Source of the DNA: a virus
Taxonomy: Duplodnaviria; Heunggongvirae; Uroviricota; Caudoviricetes
IMG/VR virus record: IMGVR_UViG_3300006204_000001
Length of the DNA: 64,000 nucleotides
Strand: one strand, 5' to 3'
Below, piece after piece: positions 48,841 through 58,770 of this stretch; position 1 is the first letter of the stretch, and every line of letters starts with the position of its first letter. The translations under genes were made by a program, and so were the position numbers. The notes under the pieces were generated by a model, which was given only the letters and a program-made list of their open reading frames with translations, was not told the DNA's origin and did not search any database.

Positions 48841-48878
48841 TCACTCTGATATAAGTTTAATTTAAGGAGGTTAACACA

Positions 48879-49850
48879 ATGGCTATACAAGGTATATATG
48901 AATCTACATTATCAACATCAGAAATTTTTAATGGTATTAATAATGTTGACGTATCTACTTCTATAACACAAAAAGCAATGAATCTAATTAAAACTGCAAA
49001 GTATATTAGTAATACTGATATTGAAGGAGCATATATTGCAGTTAGACAAATTACTGATACTCTTACAAGAGAAGCAGTAAAAGCATTTGATAATGGTACT
49101 ACTGTATTACTTTATAATACTACACCATCTGCAAGTGTATCTCAAGCAGTACCATTTATGACATTTTTAAGTAAGTCACAAAATAAATATATTACCTACG
49201 TATTTGTAGATAAATATATTACAGTATCACGTGATAATGTAATGAATATACAATCTCCGGTATTACGTGATTTATTAATAGGAGCTATTATCAGTAATAA
49301 ACTGAAAACAAATTATCAGATGATTGCATCTAATGATTACATGCAAAAAACATTAATGAATCTTTATACAAAATTTATTATGAGAATTATTAATAGACAA
49401 TTTGCTATATCATCAGATAAAATTGCATGGGATATATTGGTATATTGGATCAATAGATTCTTTCTTAATATTGTATTAGGAGCTAATAATACTCCTGAAA
49501 ATATTGAGAATATGGCTAAATCAGATTTTAAGTATATAGATGAATTAAAATATGATGAAATTAAACAAACATATGATATAGCTAATCCACAAAAGATTAG
49601 CCAATTATTAGATTTACTCAAGACGGTATCTGTTAGAATGAAATCATTATATTTAGGATCGTTTCTATCTGATTGGTTTAATTATTATTATTATCCAGCT
49701 GCACTTGCTCCTGATACATTAGAGTATTTAATATTCATGATAATATTACTATTATCAGGAAACAATATAATATCAATAGCAGCATCTGATATAGTTAAAG
49801 AACAGAAAGGAATCAAAACATTCAGAGCAGAATTATTAAAATTAATTTAA
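48879..49850 (+). CDS. hypothetical, probably virion protein
   Basis: 323 aa; AAGGAGG RBS; late-type motif CAC-N7-TA at 48842-48853. Confidence 0.6.
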   Translation: MAIQGIYESTLSTSEIFNGINNVDVSTSITQKAMNLIKTAKYISNTDIEGAYIAVRQITDTLTREAVKAFDNGTTVLLYNTTPSASVSQAVPFMTFLSKSQNKYITYVFVDKYITVSRDNVMNIQSPVLRDLLIGAIISNKLKTNYQMIASNDYMQKTLMNLYTKFIMRIINRQFAISSDKIAWDILVYWINRFFLNIVLGANNTPENIENMAKSDFKYIDELKYDEIKQTYDIANPQKISQLLDLLKTVSVRMKSLYLGSFLSDWFNYYYYPAALAPDTLEYLIFMIILLLSGNNIISIAASDIVKEQKGIKTFRAELLKLI

Positions 49851-49869
49851 TTAATATAGGAGGATTATT

Positions 49870-51219
49870 ATGTCAAGAAGAATATTTTCACCAAGCTGCA
49901 TTTTTAATAATGCATTCGTATCATTTATAAATAAGGATTTTAAAATTATTGATTACGAAAAAGACATGATTGCGCATGTTCCAGATGGTGAAGTAAAACC
50001 AGAATTTATTATTAACACAAGATTTGGATATCGGATTAAGTCTGTTTCAATTGTTGATAATAATACAGAAGAAGTCATTCAATATCTTATACCTCAGGAT
50101 AAAAATGGTATACCTATATTTTCATTTGATATGCCAGATAAAGATATAAAAATTAATATTGATATAAGAGAGATGGAACAAAATAAATTCTGTATTAATT
50201 ATCTGGAAAAAAATCATATTACTGAACTTTATAATGATTATAAAAAATATGTATATATATCATTAGAAAAAATAAATGAATTATCAATTACAAATAGAAG
50301 CCCATTGTTGAGTAATAGATGTGAAACGTTTGCATCTCCTGGAGAAAGAGTTTGTATCAATATTGATATAACTAAAGGATATGCGTTAAGATCATTATCT
50401 GTCATTAATGATAGAACTATGTTACCTATTGAAACATTGGAACCTACAGCCAATAATAATTTTATATTCACAATGCCAAATGATAATGTAACTATTATTT
50501 GTCAAACATTCAGAATTGATGATTATAAAAATCCAGAAATTGGCAAAGATATAACAATAAGATCATCTTTTATAGAATGCAAACATGATAAGCCTATAAT
50601 ATTAAAATCATTATATGGAATTTATAAGTATAGTGGATATTCTAGTAATTGTCTGAATCAATCACCAATATTGAGAATAGGAGAAAAAAGAGTTCTTGAA
50701 TTAGATATAAAAGAAGGGTATAAATTAAAATACTTTAAGATTTTTACATGTTGTAATAATCATAAGGGTCAAATAAATTATAATGTGACTTATTTAGATG
50801 GTAATGAGATAAAGTTAGAAATTATTGTCCCCGATTGTAATATTCTATTTGATGTAGAAGTTGAAGAAAAGGAGAAAGACGAAATGGAAAACAAAGTTAT
50901 TGAAACAGAGAATGAATCTATTAAAACAGATGGAGCAATTGCAACATTTAAAATTCCTGAAGAATTGGCTAAAGAATTGTCAGAACTTTTAACGAAACAG
51001 AGTATCAGACAAAATATGTTAAAAGAAATTCTTATCTCTAATCCTTCTAAATATGAAGAAGTTGAAAAGTTGCTTATTCCGATTACCACAAGAATTGAAA
51101 CTATTAAAACAAAGATCACTACAGAATATGTTCCTGATTATTATCGTGATGATAAATATATGTGGAACTATGATGGATATGATATCTCTGGTACTACTGT
51201 ATCAGTATTTGAAAATTAA
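49870..51219 (+). CDS. protein with three divergent InlB-B-repeat-like domains fused to a C-terminal helical domain that has its own internal start
   Basis: GYRIKSVSI...FSFDMPDKDI; GYALRSLSV...FTMPNDNVTI; GYKLKYFKI...IVPDCNI; AAGGAG plus in-frame ATG at 50884. Confidence 0.6.
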   Translation: MSRRIFSPSCIFNNAFVSFINKDFKIIDYEKDMIAHVPDGEVKPEFIINTRFGYRIKSVSIVDNNTEEVIQYLIPQDKNGIPIFSFDMPDKDIKINIDIREMEQNKFCINYLEKNHITELYNDYKKYVYISLEKINELSITNRSPLLSNRCETFASPGERVCINIDITKGYALRSLSVINDRTMLPIETLEPTANNNFIFTMPNDNVTIICQTFRIDDYKNPEIGKDITIRSSFIECKHDKPIILKSLYGIYKYSGYSSNCLNQSPILRIGEKRVLELDIKEGYKLKYFKIFTCCNNHKGQINYNVTYLDGNEIKLEIIVPDCNILFDVEVEEKEKDEMENKVIETENESIKTDGAIATFKIPEELAKELSELLTKQSIRQNMLKEILISNPSKYEEVEKLLIPITTRIETIKTKITTEYVPDYYRDDKYMWNYDGYDISGTTVSVFEN

Positions 51220-51222
51220 ATA

Positions 51223-51262
51223 AAAAATAAAGGAGGGAAAATAAATCCCTCCTTTATTTTTT
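51223..51262. terminator. bidirectional terminator
   Basis: AAATAAAGGAGGGA-loop-TCCCTCCTTTATTT. Confidence 0.85.
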
Positions 51263-52142
51263 ATACTGTTAATTTATCAGGAAATAATGTATAATCCATT
51301 ACTGCATATAATGTAGGTATTTCTAGCTCTTCTATTGTATTATATATCTCTTGATAAAATACTTCTTTACGATTCATCATGTCTTCATTAAAATTAATTT
51401 TTTCATAATCCGTAATAATAGTTACTAATTGTCTTGTTAATGGTAATATATCTTGTCCTTTTTCTAATGCTAATCTTATGGATGGTTTTATATATTTTAT
51501 ATTCCTATAAATATTTTCTATATTTTCATATTCATGTAGTAATTTTAATGCTGTTGTCTCACCTATACCCCGAATTCCAGGAATATTATCTGATACATCG
51601 CCTTGTAACATTTTACATTCTATCCATTGTTGTGGAGTTAATTTATATTTCATTAACATATATGATTCATCAATTAATTCTTTATTACGTGGACTAAATA
51701 TGAATATTGAATCATTTATTAATTGATACAAGTCTCTATCAGAAGAGCATATAATCATATTCATATTGTTTTCTTTTGTATATTTTGATATCATACCTAA
51801 TATGTCATCTGCTTCATATATTTCATTATTAATTAATTCATATCCTAATAAAGATACAAGTTGTTGTCCATATCTTAATTGTTTCAATATGTCATCATCA
51901 TGATCTTTTCTTTGTGATTTATATTGTTTATATATTTTCCTTCGAAATGTTTTTGATCTACTTAAATCATTAGCTACTACGATATAGTCAGGATTAAAAG
52001 TTTCCTTTAATAATTTTAATTTAAAAAAGAATCCTTTTATTGCGTTAACATTCATTCCTTTACTATTGATTAATTTTTCACCGTAATACGATCCATAAAA
52101 TAGATTATTAAAATCTATTCCTAATACTAATTTCTTTTCCAT
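51261..52142 (-). CDS. 5'-3' exonuclease / flap endonuclease (Pol I N-terminal, T4 RNase H-like)
   Basis: IDFNN, FRRKIY..YK.QR, EADDILG, SSDRDLYQL, LQGDVSDNIPGIRGIGETTA. Confidence 0.93.
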   Translation of the reverse strand: MEKKLVLGIDFNNLFYGSYYGEKLINSKGMNVNAIKGFFFKLKLLKETFNPDYIVVANDLSRSKTFRRKIYKQYKSQRKDHDDDILKQLRYGQQLVSLLGYELINNEIYEADDILGMISKYTKENNMNMIICSSDRDLYQLINDSIFIFSPRNKELIDESYMLMKYKLTPQQWIECKMLQGDVSDNIPGIRGIGETTALKLLHEYENIENIYRNIKYIKPSIRLALEKGQDILPLTRQLVTIITDYEKINFNEDMMNRKEVFYQEIYNTIEELEIPTLYAVMDYTLFPDKLTV

Positions 52143-52177
52143 AATTAAACTCTCCTTATGTAAATTTCTATAACGAT

Positions 52178-52190
52178 AAAATATATAATT
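52178..52190 (-). promoter_or_regulatory. putative early-type promoter motif
   Basis: AATTATATATTTT upstream of the exonuclease. Confidence 0.45.
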
Positions 52191-52255
52191 GAAGAATGAG
52201 ATCTCCTCATTCTTATAGTAACATTATTACATAGTAATTATAATAAAGATAAAAA

Positions 52256-52285
52256 ATAATTAGGGGGATATATCCCCCTAATTAT
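52256..52285. terminator. terminator
   Basis: ATAATTAGGGGGATATATCCCCCTAATTAT. Confidence 0.8.
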
Positions 52286-53072
52286 AAATTTCAATACTAA
52301 ATGGTTTAGGTACTCTATTTACAAGTATTCTTGTATATGTATGGTCCATAACACCATAAGTACCAACCATATTAATTTCACTATGTAAATCTCTTGCAAC
52401 TCCTACTGATGCAATAGAATTAAAATTTGGATCTCGATCTTTAATAGGTAATAATACATAGTCTCTTACCATAAAAATCTCTTCTTCATCTTTATCGGGA
52501 TAATGAAATTCTGGAAATACTTGTTTTTTACTAAACATATTATTCCATCCCTCAAAGAACCATCCATTTGATACATATTTAACAAATCCATCTATTTGTA
52601 TAGATAAATCTTCTACACATTTATTATATAAACCCATTTCATTATTAGTGCTATTATCTATATTTCCTATATCAATAGCTTTATTATCTAATAACATAGC
52701 ATATATTTTTCCATCATATGCATTGATACCGTATTCATCAAAAACTTTTCTATCATGTTTATATCTTATTCCTTTTACGGAATAATCCATATTATTCGAT
52801 GATACTCCAGTTAATGTCATTTCTATTGGTACCTTAGGATTGTATATTAAATCAGGATATAATTCTGATTTTTTATTAGGATTTAATGTATAAATTATCT
52901 TAAATCCCAATATATCAGATTCTTTTAACTGATATGATGTAGATTGTCGCCATACACCATTAATGTTATTATATGCATCTGCTGTTCTCCATACACCATT
53001 AATATTCACATTAGCTTCTTGAACATCTCTCCATACACCATTTATATTATTAGATATTGGCATCTTGTTCAC
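52278..53072 (-). CDS. tail-associated protein with three NINGVWR repeats
   Basis: N-terminal NINGVWR x3, a motif typical of fibre-tip proteins. Confidence 0.6.
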   Translation of the reverse strand: MNKMPISNNINGVWRDVQEANVNINGVWRTADAYNNINGVWRQSTSYQLKESDILGFKIIYTLNPNKKSELYPDLIYNPKVPIEMTLTGVSSNNMDYSVKGIRYKHDRKVFDEYGINAYDGKIYAMLLDNKAIDIGNIDNSTNNEMGLYNKCVEDLSIQIDGFVKYVSNGWFFEGWNNMFSKKQVFPEFHYPDKDEEEIFMVRDYVLLPIKDRDPNFNSIASVGVARDLHSEINMVGTYGVMDHTYTRILVNRVPKPFSIEIYN

Positions 53073-53475
53073 CTCTAATAGGATCTAATCTATCTGGATC
53101 AGCAACATGTTCATCCCATGTTTGTTGTGCAATATTTACAACATAAATAGTTTCTTTTTCTTCAGGAGCTAATAAACCTGGCATATGTGGTACTACTCTT
53201 TCTTCTTCAGAGATGGATACAAAAATTTTGTATCCCTCTCCAATAAGATTTTTATTTATAGTAGTTTCTTCTGTATCTGTAGGAGTTTCAGAGTATGTAT
53301 ATAATAATGAAAGATTAAATGAGTTCCTAAATTTATTTCGTAATTCATCAAATGTGATAGTTGATGGATCAACTTCTATACGAAGAGTATCACGAATAAT
53401 ATTACCAATCAATTTAGGACCACCAAATATACCCTTTACATTTATTTGGCTCTGATCATAAAATTCTAATATCAT
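53050..53475 (-). CDS. hypothetical tail-module protein
   Basis: 141-aa ORF between fibre genes. Confidence 0.6.
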   Translation of the reverse strand: MILEFYDQSQINVKGIFGGPKLIGNIIRDTLRIEVDPSTITFDELRNKFRNSFNLSLLYTYSETPTDTEETTINKNLIGEGYKIFVSISEEERVVPHMPGLLAPEEKETIYVVNIAQQTWDEHVADPDRLDPIRGEQDANI

Positions 53476-53484
53476 ATAACCTCC

Positions 53485-56400
53485 TTATGCAAATCTAAAC
53501 CATATATCACCATTACATCCACCTGATGGAACTTTTGGTGATAATATTGTATTACGTACTTTTCTTGTTTCATATTCTGTAATTTTGTCTTGATCAACAA
53601 TTGTATTACCCTTAAGAACTAAATCAGAATTAAGTGCAGAACTGTCAATACAATGATCTTGTATTTTATCTCTTGATACAGCATGATCGACTATTTTCTG
53701 TCGTGTTACGGTATTATCAAGTAATAAAGCACTATCTACAAATGGCTCATCTGCTATCTTTTCTCGTGTTACAGATTTATTAGCTAATTTTTTACCACTA
53801 ATAGCATTATCAACAATATTATCATTTTTTATAATATTCTTGCCTAACATATTATGTGTAATCGTAGTCCATATTGGATTTTCTCCAGGATTAAGTACAG
53901 CTAATATTCTTTCAGCTATAGTAGAACTAAACATCTTTAATCCAGTAATAGCTCTATCATTAATCATTTCTGTATTAATTAATGTATATTTTGGATTTGT
54001 ATTACCTTCTTCAACAGCTAATACTCTATTATCATGAGGAGTAGTAAATAGTTTAGTAGCTAATACTGCTCTATCTTGTATTTTAGATGATGTAATAGAT
54101 CCAGGCAATATTTCTGCACTAGGTACATTATATCCACCGTCATCATCTTCATCAGGAATAATCCCATGATACCAAATATCTTGTGTTTCAACTTCATTAA
54201 TTATAGAGAAATTTACAGGATCATGACCAGATTCGATTGGTAATGTTCCATTATCCCATAAATCATGAACTTCACGTTCAGATATCATTCCCATACCTCT
54301 ACCAGATAAATATTCAACATAATCATCTGGTAATGGAAATCCATCCCATATATTTATAAGATCATCATATGTATATTGAGTTATCTCATCTTCTGGTTTA
54401 GGTTGTATAATAGTACCAAAACCACCAGCAGCTTTAATTCTATCTTCTACCCATTTACAGTCAGGAATTAACATTCCCTCTCCATTTTCAACTGCATCAT
54501 CTGCAGGTCTAACTTCAATTGTAGGGCTACCTAATAACATTAAATCACGTTGTAATTTATTATTAGTAACTGCTCCATTTTGAATCATTCCTTCAACTAC
54601 TTGTGTATATTGAGGAGATTCACCATCTGCAAGTACACCTAATACTCTATTACCATGTAATGATTTAATTAGTTTACTTGGATCTACAGTATAATCTATA
54701 ATAGCATTACCATGGATAGATCCTTTTAACATTCCAGCAGTAAATCGTTCAGCCATCGATGTTATAGTTCTACGTACCCATGCTGTATTAGCTAAATGAA
54801 AACTATCTGAATCAGGCAATGGTTCTGACGTTAATTGTGGAGTGCCATTAAGAATAAAATTAGGCATTAACTTAGCAGGATTAATTGAATTATCAACAAT
54901 AAACCTACTATCTATCATAATATATTCAGGTGGTCTTCCTGCTCTAGTAACACCTAATACTCTATTAGGTACATCTGATCTAAAGAATTTTTCTTTATGT
55001 ACAGATTCATCAGCTAACATTTCTCCTGTTATATTTGCCCATACCGGATTTGAATATGGATCAAATACAGCTAATACTTTATTAGGATATCTTGAAGTAA
55101 ATAATATATCTGCTGTTACAGATCTAGGAATCATATGATCAGTATCGATTACATGAGGTTTAATATGTCTACCTTCTATAATTTTTTCCTGTAAATGTTC
55201 TTCATAGATAGCTCCTTCTTCAATAAAACGTTTTGTAATTAATCTATCTACAAGCATTGTATTATCAATTTTAGTCCATACAGGATTATCTCCTGCTGTT
55301 TTAGTTGCTAAAATACAATTATTAGTACCTGAAGAAAATAATACTCTACCATCTACAGATCTACTTCCTAACATTCTATTTACAATAGTTACCCATTGAG
55401 GAGCAGTTGTACCAACCATTACTCCTAAAACTTTATATCCAGTAATATCTGATTCTAATTTACCTGTAGGAATAGATAAGTTTACTATATTTTTTCCTGT
55501 AACAGAATTTTCTTCCATCATTTCATTATTGATTCTAGTATATTCAGGATGCCCATTTTCCTTCTTAACTGCTAGAATCATATTTTTATTTTCTGATGGA
55601 TAAATCTTATCTAATAAAACAGCTGATTCACTGATATGGTTATATTTAATAATGTCATTATTAAGATGCCTTGTAAAGATTGCTTTATCAGCTATTTTAG
55701 GATCTGTAATAGCTAAATCTTTAACGTTTTTAGTTTTAATGGAATCAACATCCATCATATCATTATTAATTAATCCCCATACAGGATCAGTTTTTGCACC
55801 ATAAACAACTAATGCTCTATTTTTCACATCAGAAGAAAATAATACTCTACCATCTACAGATCTATTAGCAAAATTCTTATTTACAAATACAGCATCAGAT
55901 ACATGATTATTTACCCATCTAGTATCTGGTATTTTATTTGAATCATCATTTTCAGCTGGTCTAGTAGATATAGTAGGTAAACCTGGTAATTCTATATTTT
56001 CTATTAACTTTGTACCATCGATAGTTCTATTAGCTATCTTATCTATAGTTACAGCTAAATCTTTGATCTTCTCTGTAGTAAGTGCACTATCAGCAATCTT
56101 TTCTGTTATAACAGCATAATCATTAATTCTATCAGATGTAATAGCTAAACGTTTGATATTAATTGTTTCAATACCTTCATCTGCTATCATAGGTGATATA
56201 ACTTGTGTCCATACAGGATCTTCTCCATGTTCCAAAGTAGCTAATATCCTATTATTTTTCTTAGAAGAAAATAAAGTTCTACCATCTACTGCACGATCAT
56301 CAATACGAGTATTTGTAACTGCCTTTAATCCAATTTTATCTTTTGTAACAGAATAATCAGCTAATTTCTTTGTAGTAATAGTAAGATTTTTAATCTTATC

Positions 56401-57612
56401 ACCTGTTACTGCACTATTAGCTAATACTCGTGTAATAATAGCATCATCCGCTAATTCTTTATCTGTAATAGATTCTGGATTAATAATTGCTTTTATTATT
56501 TGCTCTCCACTAGTCTGTGAACCATCTATCTCAATAGTTATATGGGTTTGAATTGATCCAATATATCTAATGAATAATGTAGATAAATCAACTTTCTTTT
56601 TCTCTCCTGATAATTCTAATACTACTAATTCATTAGTGTCTTTATCAAAAGATATTTCATCTACTAATCCATTTATAGGAATAAACAAATTAACTATAGA
56701 TCCATTTCTATATGTCAATGATAATTTTCCTGATGCTCTATCATATGAAGCATCGATAATATAATTCATATCATCTGTTTCATCTTGTAGATCATTAATT
56801 AATCCAGTTAATATATCTAATGCATCTTGTGTAGCTTTAGATATAGGCTTATCTATATCAGATGTATTATCAACATTACCAAGATCTATATCTGCTTTAG
56901 TTAAACCATGTGGATTAACAGCTGCTATATGTTCTGCAAATGCTTCTGCTGATGCAGCTCCAATCTGAGCTATATCAATATCATGCGGATTATCTTTATT
57001 AGCTATATGATCAGATAATAATTTTAGACTGGAATTAATTTTTCCTACCCATTCACTATCTAAACCTTCAATAGATGATTGTAATCCACTGATAGCATCT
57101 GTAACAGCTTTTTGTGTCATAAAGCCATCTTCATTTTGTCCTAATCCTTCATATATAGACGGTCTACCAATAATATCAGACCATCTTATTATATTATTAG
57201 GCTCTATAATATTACCATCTGAATCTAATAAACCCATTTTATATAATAAATCTCCTACAGCCTTCTCTGTAGGAATTTTATCATGACTTTGTTTATTTGG
57301 ATCCCATGGTATCTTATTTGAAATCTGTATTGATCCTATTCCACCTGGTACACCTGCATATGTCATTAAAAAATTAGGTGATTTAGCAGGTACACACATT
57401 TGTCTTTGATATATTTCTGATCTAATTTCATCTATAATATCTTTCAAATTAGTATCATCATCTTCAACATGATCCATATCAACTTTGACTGCTTCTAATA
57501 CAGTCTTAGGATATGTATTTACATGATTTAATTTATCTTCTATTGGAGTATTAGGATCAATATATTTTCTAGATTGAACTATTTCTTTTCCAATAAGAGC
57601 CATATATATCAT
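53485..57612 (-). CDS. large repeat-rich tail-fibre-like protein
   Basis: Paralog of 26009; many ~10-aa AVT..KIAD repeats; recurring LFSS..NR.L...P.W units; C-terminal PSGGCNGDIWF. Confidence 0.7.
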   Translation of the reverse strand: MIYMALIGKEIVQSRKYIDPNTPIEDKLNHVNTYPKTVLEAVKVDMDHVEDDDTNLKDIIDEIRSEIYQRQMCVPAKSPNFLMTYAGVPGGIGSIQISNKIPWDPNKQSHDKIPTEKAVGDLLYKMGLLDSDGNIIEPNNIIRWSDIIGRPSIYEGLGQNEDGFMTQKAVTDAISGLQSSIEGLDSEWVGKINSSLKLLSDHIANKDNPHDIDIAQIGAASAEAFAEHIAAVNPHGLTKADIDLGNVDNTSDIDKPISKATQDALDILTGLINDLQDETDDMNYIIDASYDRASGKLSLTYRNGSIVNLFIPINGLVDEISFDKDTNELVVLELSGEKKKVDLSTLFIRYIGSIQTHITIEIDGSQTSGEQIIKAIINPESITDKELADDAIITRVLANSAVTGDKIKNLTITTKKLADYSVTKDKIGLKAVTNTRIDDRAVDGRTLFSSKKNNRILATLEHGEDPVWTQVISPMIADEGIETINIKRLAITSDRINDYAVITEKIADSALTTEKIKDLAVTIDKIANRTIDGTKLIENIELPGLPTISTRPAENDDSNKIPDTRWVNNHVSDAVFVNKNFANRSVDGRVLFSSDVKNRALVVYGAKTDPVWGLINNDMMDVDSIKTKNVKDLAITDPKIADKAIFTRHLNNDIIKYNHISESAVLLDKIYPSENKNMILAVKKENGHPEYTRINNEMMEENSVTGKNIVNLSIPTGKLESDITGYKVLGVMVGTTAPQWVTIVNRMLGSRSVDGRVLFSSGTNNCILATKTAGDNPVWTKIDNTMLVDRLITKRFIEEGAIYEEHLQEKIIEGRHIKPHVIDTDHMIPRSVTADILFTSRYPNKVLAVFDPYSNPVWANITGEMLADESVHKEKFFRSDVPNRVLGVTRAGRPPEYIMIDSRFIVDNSINPAKLMPNFILNGTPQLTSEPLPDSDSFHLANTAWVRRTITSMAERFTAGMLKGSIHGNAIIDYTVDPSKLIKSLHGNRVLGVLADGESPQYTQVVEGMIQNGAVTNNKLQRDLMLLGSPTIEVRPADDAVENGEGMLIPDCKWVEDRIKAAGGFGTIIQPKPEDEITQYTYDDLINIWDGFPLPDDYVEYLSGRGMGMISEREVHDLWDNGTLPIESGHDPVNFSIINEVETQDIWYHGIIPDEDDDGGYNVPSAEILPGSITSSKIQDRAVLATKLFTTPHDNRVLAVEEGNTNPKYTLINTEMINDRAITGLKMFSSTIAERILAVLNPGENPIWTTITHNMLGKNIIKNDNIVDNAISGKKLANKSVTREKIADEPFVDSALLLDNTVTRQKIVDHAVSRDKIQDHCIDSSALNSDLVLKGNTIVDQDKITEYETRKVRNTILSPKVPSGGCNGDIWFRFA

Positions 57613-57636
57613 CTCCTTTCATATCGTGGTTAATAT

Positions 57637-57648
57637 TAAAAAGCGGTT
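57637..57648 (-). promoter_or_regulatory. putative late-type promoter AAC-N7-TA
   Basis: AACCGCTTTTTA upstream of 57612. Confidence 0.4.
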
Positions 57649-57695
57649 GGAAATAAAATAGAGAGGATTGTCATTCCTCTCAAAGCTATAATGAT

Positions 57696-57742
57696 CTATA
57701 TTATGTTACTATATTTATTATAAATATAGTAACATAATATAG
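57696..57742. repeat. 47-bp odd-centred palindrome directly upstream of fibre paralog 3
   Basis: CTATATTATGTTACTATATTTA-TTA-TAAATATAGTAACATAATATAG. Confidence 0.92.
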
Positions 57743-57760
57743 TAAAAGGAGTATAATATT

Positions 57761-58714
57761 ATGAAACAATTAAAAGATAATGGTATTAAAGAAGTAATAA
57801 GATTAGTAAAAAATGAATTAAAGAATAAAGCTAATATTAATCATAATCATGATAGTGTATATAGTAAATTAAATCATACTCATAGTTATGCAGCATCATC
57901 TCATAATCATGATGATAGATATTTAAAATTGGATGGGTCTAATAAAATGACAGGTCCAATTTGGTATAGAAATACTAATAACAATCATTCATCACCAATG
58001 ATAGAATTTGTTCCAGGGGATGATACGGGAGATGGAATGATAATAGGTAATGGCGGTTTATTAGCATTAAATGGTGGAGAAGCTTATAGAAATATAAATG
58101 GAGTTTTAAACAATTATAAAGGCGAAGATGAACATATAGTATTAGCTACAGACGAAACAATAGATATTTATACAGGCGTACAACAAGGAACAAATAAAGC
58201 TGCGTTTACTCAAATATTAAAGGACGGAACATTTACTGGAAAAGTCAAATATGATGAAAAAGGAAATAATATTTATAATTATTACGTTAGAAAATTAACT
58301 GGTCCTGGTGAATCATATGCAAAATATAGACATTATATGGATCTTACAAAGATGGAATTTATAAATATATATACTCTGGCATATGATGGAATTTTACATA
58401 AAATATCACTAGAGAGTAATTTTACTGGTTTAGCATTCTTATGTTTAATAAGAGACTCATCTACGCAAGATTATTACTTATTAAATTTATATTTTCTTTC
58501 AAATGTTAGTGACTACACGCCGAAAATTGTCAAGTTAGAATTGATTAATAGTGGAGGAGCAGTTGAAAATGTTCTTAAAGATCCAAATGGTTCATTTAGT
58601 ATGTCTAAATTGAATGATGATTCTCATCATAATATTTATTATTCATTACCTAAATATGTATCAGGATCTAGAACTAATATAAAATTTGCTAAATTACTAT
58701 TAATAGGACTATAA
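57761..58714 (+). CDS. short tail-fibre/receptor-binding paralog 3
   Basis: MKQLKDNGIKEVIRLVK; HNHD/HTH repeats; YLKLDG..MTG. Confidence 0.65.
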   Translation: MKQLKDNGIKEVIRLVKNELKNKANINHNHDSVYSKLNHTHSYAASSHNHDDRYLKLDGSNKMTGPIWYRNTNNNHSSPMIEFVPGDDTGDGMIIGNGGLLALNGGEAYRNINGVLNNYKGEDEHIVLATDETIDIYTGVQQGTNKAAFTQILKDGTFTGKVKYDEKGNNIYNYYVRKLTGPGESYAKYRHYMDLTKMEFINIYTLAYDGILHKISLESNFTGLAFLCLIRDSSTQDYYLLNLYFLSNVSDYTPKIVKLELINSGGAVENVLKDPNGSFSMSKLNDDSHHNIYYSLPKYVSGSRTNIKFAKLLLIGL

Positions 58715-58735
58715 TATTTATATTTGTTAATAATA

Positions 58736-58770
58736 AAATAATAGAGGGATTTTTAATCCCTCTATTATTT
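58736..58770. terminator. bidirectional terminator
   Basis: AATAATAGAGGGAT-loop-ATCCCTCTATTATT. Confidence 0.85.

Noticed and set aside
52945-53052. Three short direct repeats (CCATACACCATT)
   Set aside because: Explained by the NINGVWR peptide repeats of the encoded protein
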